From Candidatus Eiseniibacteriota bacterium (GTDB lineage: Bacteria > Eisenbacteria > RBG-16-71-46 > CAIMUX01 > VGJL01): a stretch of 64,000 bases of DNA. Numbering within the stretch: the stretch's first letter is position 1; each line of letters begins with the position of its first letter. This document shows, piece by piece, positions 59,197-64,000 of this stretch. The stretch is from positions 72,247-136,246 of the forward strand of contig JBHGAY010000012.1 of NCBI GenBank assembly GCA_041946735.1, read 5' to 3'. Made by a program: the position numbers and the translations under genes. The notes beneath the pieces were generated by a model that saw nothing but the letters and a program-made list of their open reading frames with translations, did no database searches and was not told the DNA's origin.

Positions 59197-59652
59197 ATGG
59201 CGAAATCGAGAGGGCCGGAAGCGGATCGTCCCGCCTCCGGGGAGAACGCGAGAGCCGGGAGCGGCAAGATCCTCCCGTTCCTCGAGGCTCTCCGCGCCTC
59301 CGCCGGCGCCTGCGCTTGTGCCCGGGCACGCGCCCGCGCCGGCGCCCGCGCAGGCGACGCCCCCGCCCCTGATCCTGCCTCTGCCTCCGCGCCCGCCCCG
59401 GATCTGGACGAAGACACCGCGGCGCCCGGCTCGCGCGACGAGCCTTCGGACGTCTTCCTCTTCGGTCGCGACGAGGAAAGCGTGCTCGAGGAGATGCGCG
59501 AAGCGGTCGTAGCCCTTCCCGACGTGCGCAAGGCGAAGGTCGCCCTGGCCCGCAAGCGGATCCGGAGCGGCTTCTACGATCGCCCGGAGGTGCTCGAGGA
59601 GATCGCACTCCGGCTGAGCGGCATCGCGAGGAAACGCGTAAGCGAGGAATAG
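59197..59652 (+). CDS. FlgM-like anti-sigma28 protein (start 59197 or 59113)
   Basis: C-terminal LPDVRKAKVALARKRIRSGFYDRPEVLEEIA resembles the FlgM sigma-binding helices; low-complexity N-terminus; GGAGG before ATG 59197. Confidence 0.6.
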   Translation: MAKSRGPEADRPASGENARAGSGKILPFLEALRASAGACACARARARAGARAGDAPAPDPASASAPAPDLDEDTAAPGSRDEPSDVFLFGRDEESVLEEMREAVVALPDVRKAKVALARKRIRSGFYDRPEVLEEIALRLSGIARKRVSEE

Positions 59653-59691
59653 AGGAACAGAGGAATAGAGGAACAGAGGAATAGAGGAAGG
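59644..59691 (+). repeat. Six tandem copies of the 8-bp unit GAGGAA(T/C)A
   Basis: gaggaata gaggaaca gaggaata gaggaaca gaggaata gaggaagg, ending 1 nt before the PilZ ATG. Confidence 0.95.
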
Positions 59692-59692
59692 C

Positions 59693-60427
59693 ATGAAGCA
59701 GGGATCGACGGTTCGCCCCAAGGCCCGGATCCTCGGACCGGGCTCGATCGTCACGCTCGAAGATCTCTACGACGGCTCCCGATTTCGCATGCGGGTACGC
59801 GAGCGCGTGGAGGAGAGGCTGCACGTAGGCCCGCTCGAGGACGCTTCGATGGCGCCCCAGTGGCATGCCGGCTCGGTTCTGCAGGTGCGTGTCGCGCGCC
59901 CCTTCGGGCTCTTCTGCTACCGCGCGATGGTCGAGGGAGTCGACGAGGAAGGATGCGGCATCCTCAAGCTCGACCCGGAGCCGCCGCAGCGCCGCCAGCT
60001 TCGCGGCTACTTCCGCATGCAAGTACGTCTCGGCGTTCATCTCATCCCGCAGAAGAAGGAACGGGATGGGGAAGGAGAGACGCCCGCTCCGGCCTCGGCG
60101 CCGCCGCTTCCCGCGCCGCCGGTGATCCTGCGCGCCTGCAACCTCTCCGGAAGCGGAGCGCTGCTCCACGATCCCGACGGCCTGCTTCCGCTGAACGCCG
60201 TCGTGCGCCTCGGCATCCCCATCCTGGCCGGCGGGGCCTGCCTGCGGTTGCCGGCGCGCGTCGTCCGCGTCCAGGAATCGCCTCGCCGCTCGGCCGTCTT
60301 CTTCGAAGGGATCAGCGAGAATGCGCGGCAGCATCTCCTGCGCTATCTCTTCCGGGAGCACCGCCGCCGCCTGCGCGGAAAGCGCGGCGCGGTCCAGGCG
60401 AAGATCACGCCCCTCGAGAGGCCCTGA
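59693..60427 (+). CDS. PilZ-domain c-di-GMP effector (YcgR/MotI flagellar-brake-like)
   Basis: QLRGYFRM (RxxxR) and NLSGSG ((D/N)xSxxG); N-terminal PilZN-like region. Confidence 0.8.
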   Translation: MKQGSTVRPKARILGPGSIVTLEDLYDGSRFRMRVRERVEERLHVGPLEDASMAPQWHAGSVLQVRVARPFGLFCYRAMVEGVDEEGCGILKLDPEPPQRRQLRGYFRMQVRLGVHLIPQKKERDGEGETPAPASAPPLPAPPVILRACNLSGSGALLHDPDGLLPLNAVVRLGIPILAGGACLRLPARVVRVQESPRRSAVFFEGISENARQHLLRYLFREHRRRLRGKRGAVQAKITPLERP

Positions 60428-60544
60428 TCGAGAGGCTCGTCGGCGCGACATTGATCGAGAAGCCCGTCGAGAAGGCTTTGATCGCGCACCCGATCACCGC
60501 GCCGCGGTGTTCCTCCGCGCGCTCCCGCGCGCTCTCGAAAGACC

Positions 60545-60573
60545 TTGAGGACGCTGCATTGCGCTGCTAATCT
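60545..60573 (+). promoter_or_regulatory. Sigma70-type promoter with very short leader before the kinase
   Basis: TTGAGG-17 bp-TAATCT with extended -10 TG. Confidence 0.45.
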
Positions 60574-60584
60574 CGCTCGGCGAG

Positions 60585-62204
60585 ATGGAAGACCTGCGGA
60601 GGATCGTCCGGAGCGTGTTGGGACGGACTCACTTCCGCCTGTACACACTCGAAGCGGGCCGCGGCGTCCTTGCGATGTCCGAACCGGAGTCGCTGCGGCC
60701 GCCGGAGGAGGAGATGCGGATCCTCCGGGACCCTTCGCTCCTCGACTCGCTCGCCGCGACGGTGGCCGTCGGCTCGGCGGCCGCGGCCTCCTCCCCGCCC
60801 CCGCCGCCGCGCGCGGGCGCCCTCGCCGCCTGCGCCGGCGCGCTTCCCCTGCGCCTCGACGGCGCCCGTCCCTCCGCCGGCTTCCCGCGCGACCTCGCGA
60901 TCCTGCCGGTCGGCTCGGCGCAACGCAGGCGCGCGGCCCTCTTCTTCCGCGCCAGTCCCCGCGCCGCGCTGTGGCGTCACGATCCTGCGGTCTGGGAGAC
61001 GCTCGCTTGCGCGATCGACAGCGGATTCCGCGCGGACCGGGAACGGAGGGCGCGCGACGCGCAGGAGCGCTTCGAAGAGGTCCTGCTGAAGGCGCTGCCG
61101 CTCGGGGTGCTGACGCTCGATCCGCTCGGCCGGGTGTCGTCGATCAGCGACCATGCGGCGGAGATCCTCGGGTGGCCCGCGGCCGAGGCGCGCGGTGCGG
61201 ACTGCCTGCGCGTGTTCCGCCCGGCCGGGGTCGAGGAGAATCCGCTTCTCCTCGGGCTCGCGGGGAAGGCGACGCGGGTCGATCTCTACATCACCGACCG
61301 CGAAGGGAAGGAGAAGCCGGTCTGGGTCCAGATGGCCCGCCTTCCCGGCAGCGGCGCGCGAAGCAGGGGAGGCCTCCTCGTCCTCATCCGGGACACGACG
61401 GAGGAGCGCGCCTTCGAGGAGGACCAGCGCCGGCGCGAGCGGCTCGCCTCGATCGGGGAGCTGTCGGCCGGGGTGGCGCACGAGATCCGCAATCCCCTGA
61501 CCGGGATCGGCAACTGCGCGCAGGTGCTGCAGGACCGGATCGCCGCGGACGATCCTCTCCGGAAATTCGTGCAGATCATTCTGGATGAGGCGGCGCGACT
61601 GAACCGGATCGTCGAGAGCCTGCTCTCGTTCGCGCGGCCCGGGCGGCCCCAGCTCCGCCAGGCCGCGATCGTGGACGTCCTGCGGCACGTCCTGGACCTC
61701 GATCGCGACGCGTGCGAGGAGCAGGGAATTTCGACGGAGCTGAAGATTCGCGGGAGGATCCCGCCGATCTGGATCGATCCGGAGCAGATCACGCAGGTCG
61801 TCCTGAACGTCGTGCGCAACGCGGGCGAGGCGATGCCGGCCGGAGGGCACCTCGGCGTCGAGTGCCTCGTCGTCCGGCGGCGCCCGCACGCGAGGCGAGG
61901 AACGGGGCAGCGGAGCACCGACCGGATCCGGTATGGTGGCGATTCGCCAATGCGTCGTTTCGTCCAGGTCCGCGTCTCGGACACGGGCGGGGGGATTCCG
62001 AAGGAGACGCTTCCGCGGATCTTCGATCCGTTCTTCACCACGCGGAAGAAGGGGACGGGACTGGGGCTCTCGATCTCGCAGTCGATCCTGAAGGAGCATG
62101 GAGGCTTCATCTCGATCCGCTCGATCGAGAGCAAGGGCACCACGGTCATCATCGATCTTCCGATCGAGAGGAGAGAAGGTGAGAGAAGAAAACCGTCCAG
62201 CTGA
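60585..62204 (+). CDS. Cytoplasmic PAS-domain sensor histidine kinase (NtrB/FleS/PilS class)
   Basis: PAS; H-box AGVAHEIRNPL; N-box VLNVVRNA; DTGGG, IFDPFFTT, GTGLGL. Confidence 0.92.
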   Translation: MEDLRRIVRSVLGRTHFRLYTLEAGRGVLAMSEPESLRPPEEEMRILRDPSLLDSLAATVAVGSAAAASSPPPPPRAGALAACAGALPLRLDGARPSAGFPRDLAILPVGSAQRRRAALFFRASPRAALWRHDPAVWETLACAIDSGFRADRERRARDAQERFEEVLLKALPLGVLTLDPLGRVSSISDHAAEILGWPAAEARGADCLRVFRPAGVEENPLLLGLAGKATRVDLYITDREGKEKPVWVQMARLPGSGARSRGGLLVLIRDTTEERAFEEDQRRRERLASIGELSAGVAHEIRNPLTGIGNCAQVLQDRIAADDPLRKFVQIILDEAARLNRIVESLLSFARPGRPQLRQAAIVDVLRHVLDLDRDACEEQGISTELKIRGRIPPIWIDPEQITQVVLNVVRNAGEAMPAGGHLGVECLVVRRRPHARRGTGQRSTDRIRYGGDSPMRRFVQVRVSDTGGGIPKETLPRIFDPFFTTRKKGTGLGLSISQSILKEHGGFISIRSIESKGTTVIIDLPIERREGERRKPSS

Positions 62205-62205
62205 G

Positions 62206-63594
62206 ATGGCCTACCGCCTGCTGGTCGTCGACGACGAGGAGTCGATCCGGGTGAGCCTGCAGGAGGCCCTCTCCGATCCGACGCACACCGTCATGACGGC
62301 CCCGAGCGGGACCGCCGCGCTCGCTCTGCTCGCCTCGGAGGTGATCGATCTCGTCCTGCTCGACCAGAAGTTGAAGGAGTCGGGGGAGGACGGGATCGAG
62401 GTGCTACGCGAGATCCGGCGGCGCCACCCCGAAGTGCTCGTCATCATGATGACCGCCTACGGGCGGATCGAGTCGGCCGTCGAGGCGACCAAGCTGGGCT
62501 GCTTCCAGTACATCACCAAGCCGCTCGACGTCCACCAGCTGCGGCTCTTGATCCACTCCGCCCTGTCGACCTCGCAGCTCCAGCGCCAGGTCGAGATGCT
62601 GCGCCAGCAGCAGGACCGCGTGTTCCGGCCGAGCGAGATGTTCGGCTCGAGCCCGAAGACGCGCGAGCTGCTCGAGCACGTGCGGCGCGCCGCCGCATCC
62701 CCCACGTCGACCGTGCTGATCCGCGGTGAGACGGGGGTCGGCAAGGAGCTCATCGCGCGGCAGATCCACGCCTCGAGCCCGGTGGCGCAGGGGGCGTTCG
62801 TCGACTTCAACTGCAGCGCGGTCCCGGACAACCTGATCGAGTCGGAGCTCTTCGGCTACGAGAAGGGGGCGTTCACCGACGCCAAGGGATCGAAGCGGGG
62901 CCTGTTCGAGCTGGCGGACCGCGGAAGCCTCTTCCTCGACGAGATCGCGGAGATGCCGCTCACGATGCAGGCGAAGCTGCTGCGCGTTCTCGAGACGAAA
63001 TCGTTCCGGCGTCTCGGCTCCACGGTCGACGTGAAAGTGCAGGTCCGCGTCATCGCCGCGACGAACAAAGACCTGTTCCAGGAGGTGGAGTCCGGGCGCT
63101 TCCGCGAGGATTTGTTCTACCGGCTCGACGTCATCCCCGTGCACGTGCCGGCGCTGCGCGACCGCCCGGAAGACATTCCGTTCCTCGCGCGCCACTTCCT
63201 CGAGAGGTTCAACCGCGAGCTGGGACGTTCCATCCACGGGATTTCCGACAAGGCGATGGAGTATCTCTGCGCCTACAGCTGGCCCGGCAACGTCCGCGAG
63301 CTGCGGAATCTCCTCGAGCGCACCGTCCTGATGACGACCGACCACGAGATCCTGCCCGATCACCTGCCGCCGCAGATCCTCGCCGGCGGGCACGGCCCGC
63401 GGCTCTCGCGCGCCTCGGCGGCGCTTCTCTTCCCCGACGACCGGATCCTGACGCTCGACGAGATCGAGCGGGCGGCGATCCAGCACACCCTGTCGCGCGT
63501 CGGAGGCAACAAGACGAAGGCGGCTGAAGCGCTGGGGATCAGCCGCCAGACGCTGCGGACGAAGCTGAAGGACGCCGACGCGGACGAGGAGTAG
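62206..63594 (+). CDS. Sigma54-dependent response regulator (REC, AAA+, Fis HTH)
   Basis: VVDDE, LLD, GETGVGKE, ESELFG..GAFTDA, FLDEI, REDLFYRL, WPGNVREL, HTH. Confidence 0.95.
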   Translation: MAYRLLVVDDEESIRVSLQEALSDPTHTVMTAPSGTAALALLASEVIDLVLLDQKLKESGEDGIEVLREIRRRHPEVLVIMMTAYGRIESAVEATKLGCFQYITKPLDVHQLRLLIHSALSTSQLQRQVEMLRQQQDRVFRPSEMFGSSPKTRELLEHVRRAAASPTSTVLIRGETGVGKELIARQIHASSPVAQGAFVDFNCSAVPDNLIESELFGYEKGAFTDAKGSKRGLFELADRGSLFLDEIAEMPLTMQAKLLRVLETKSFRRLGSTVDVKVQVRVIAATNKDLFQEVESGRFREDLFYRLDVIPVHVPALRDRPEDIPFLARHFLERFNRELGRSIHGISDKAMEYLCAYSWPGNVRELRNLLERTVLMTTDHEILPDHLPPQILAGGHGPRLSRASAALLFPDDRILTLDEIERAAIQHTLSRVGGNKTKAAEALGISRQTLRTKLKDADADEE

Positions 63595-63666
63595 CCGGCG
63601 GGGGGCGGGCCGGTAGGAAAGCGCCGAAGCGGCGGAGGCGCCGCAGGCGGCGCGGACAGGCGGAGC

Positions 63667-63702
63667 GGGGCGGGCGGAGGCGACTCCGGCCCGCCCCTTT
63701 TT
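63667..63702 (+). terminator. Intrinsic terminator after the response regulator
   Basis: ggggcgggcggag-gcga-ctcc(g)gcccgcccc-ttttt. Confidence 0.75.
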
Positions 63703-63778
63703 GCCCGGCCTTGCAGGCGGGCGGGCGGAGCGGCGGCCCCCCGGCCCCCTCGACATGGCGGATCTCAGCCATGAAACG

Positions 63779-64000
63779 CCGTGGTGAGGCGGGAACATGG
63801 CGCACGCACGCGTGCGAGCGGCGTGGTGACGCGGGAACCTGGCGTTCGAGCGCGTGCGAGCTGCGTAGTGACGCGGCAACATGGCGCACGAGCGCGTGAG
63901 AGCTGCGTAGTGACGCGGGAACCTGGCGCACGAGCGCGTGAGAGCTGCGTAGTGACGCGGGAACCTGGCGTTCGAGCGCGTGCGAGCTGCGTAGTGACGC
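63779..64000. repeat. Tandem array of a 42-bp unit, at least 5.3 copies, truncated by the window end
   Basis: Units start at 63779, 63821, 63863, 63905, 63947, 63989; consensus gcgtagtgacgcgggaacctggcgcacgagcgcgtgcgagct. Confidence 0.95.

Noticed and set aside
62866..62883. GAFTDA as a sign of sigma54 independence
   Set aside because: GAFTDA is a common natural variant and keeps the key Phe-Thr.
5843..63882. Long antisense and alternate-frame ORFs (e.g. 33800-36988, 29584-32328, 23026-25932, 56050-58188)
   Set aside because: Shadows of real genes in high-GC DNA; Arg/Pro/Ala-rich with no family motifs.
63771..63941. Selenoprotein (TGC/TGA alternation in the repeat)
   Set aside because: The coding frame is unproven, no SECIS is identifiable, and a single substitution copied between units explains it.
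63838..63975. Sigma54 sites in the repeat (TGGCG...)
   Set aside because: The GC is not at the required -12 spacing.
63779..64000. CRISPR array
   Set aside because: Units are contiguous near-identical 42-mers with no unique spacers, and no cas genes are in the window.

Overview
High-GC diderm bacterial chromosome segment with almost all genes on the + strand. The gene content (PorV-family barrel, FlgD-Ig/T9SS-like C-terminal domains, MglA, FliW-type CsrA) suggests an FCB-allied candidate phylum such as Eisenbacteria or Latescibacterota; this is inference. In order: (1) a giant acidic multi-Ig secreted protein, 5'-truncated, with a T9SS/FlgD-type C-terminal domain (CTD), then a PorV-barrel/TSP3/OmpA fusion and a type IV pilin behind a sigma54-like promoter; (2) ribD-ribE-ribBA-ribH-nusB; (3) a ~14 kb glycosylation locus with a DUF2723/TMEM260-like GT-C plus TPR, a polyprenol-P-mannose synthase, a GT2 fused to a degenerate phosphoglycosyltransferase, and a PorZ-like propeller-CTD protein; (4) a dcw cluster with a STAS-like gene after mraZ, a divergent rsmH and no murB or ddl; (5) TPR, rpmB, recG, an extended orphan MglA, and TPR-trpA-uppP; (6) an unannotated small membrane-peptide ORF, a PDZ-TM-GAF-PP2C phosphatase, fliW-csrA-flgM-like-PilZ, a PAS kinase/sigma54 regulator pair, and a 42-bp tandem array running off the window end. 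The best candidate for an undescribed system is a T9SS-like surface-display and protein-glycosylation module. A putative sigma28 regulon covering MglA and the small peptide comes second. I saw no rRNA, tRNA, CRISPR or transposase. All family calls come from motif recognition by eye, not database searches.
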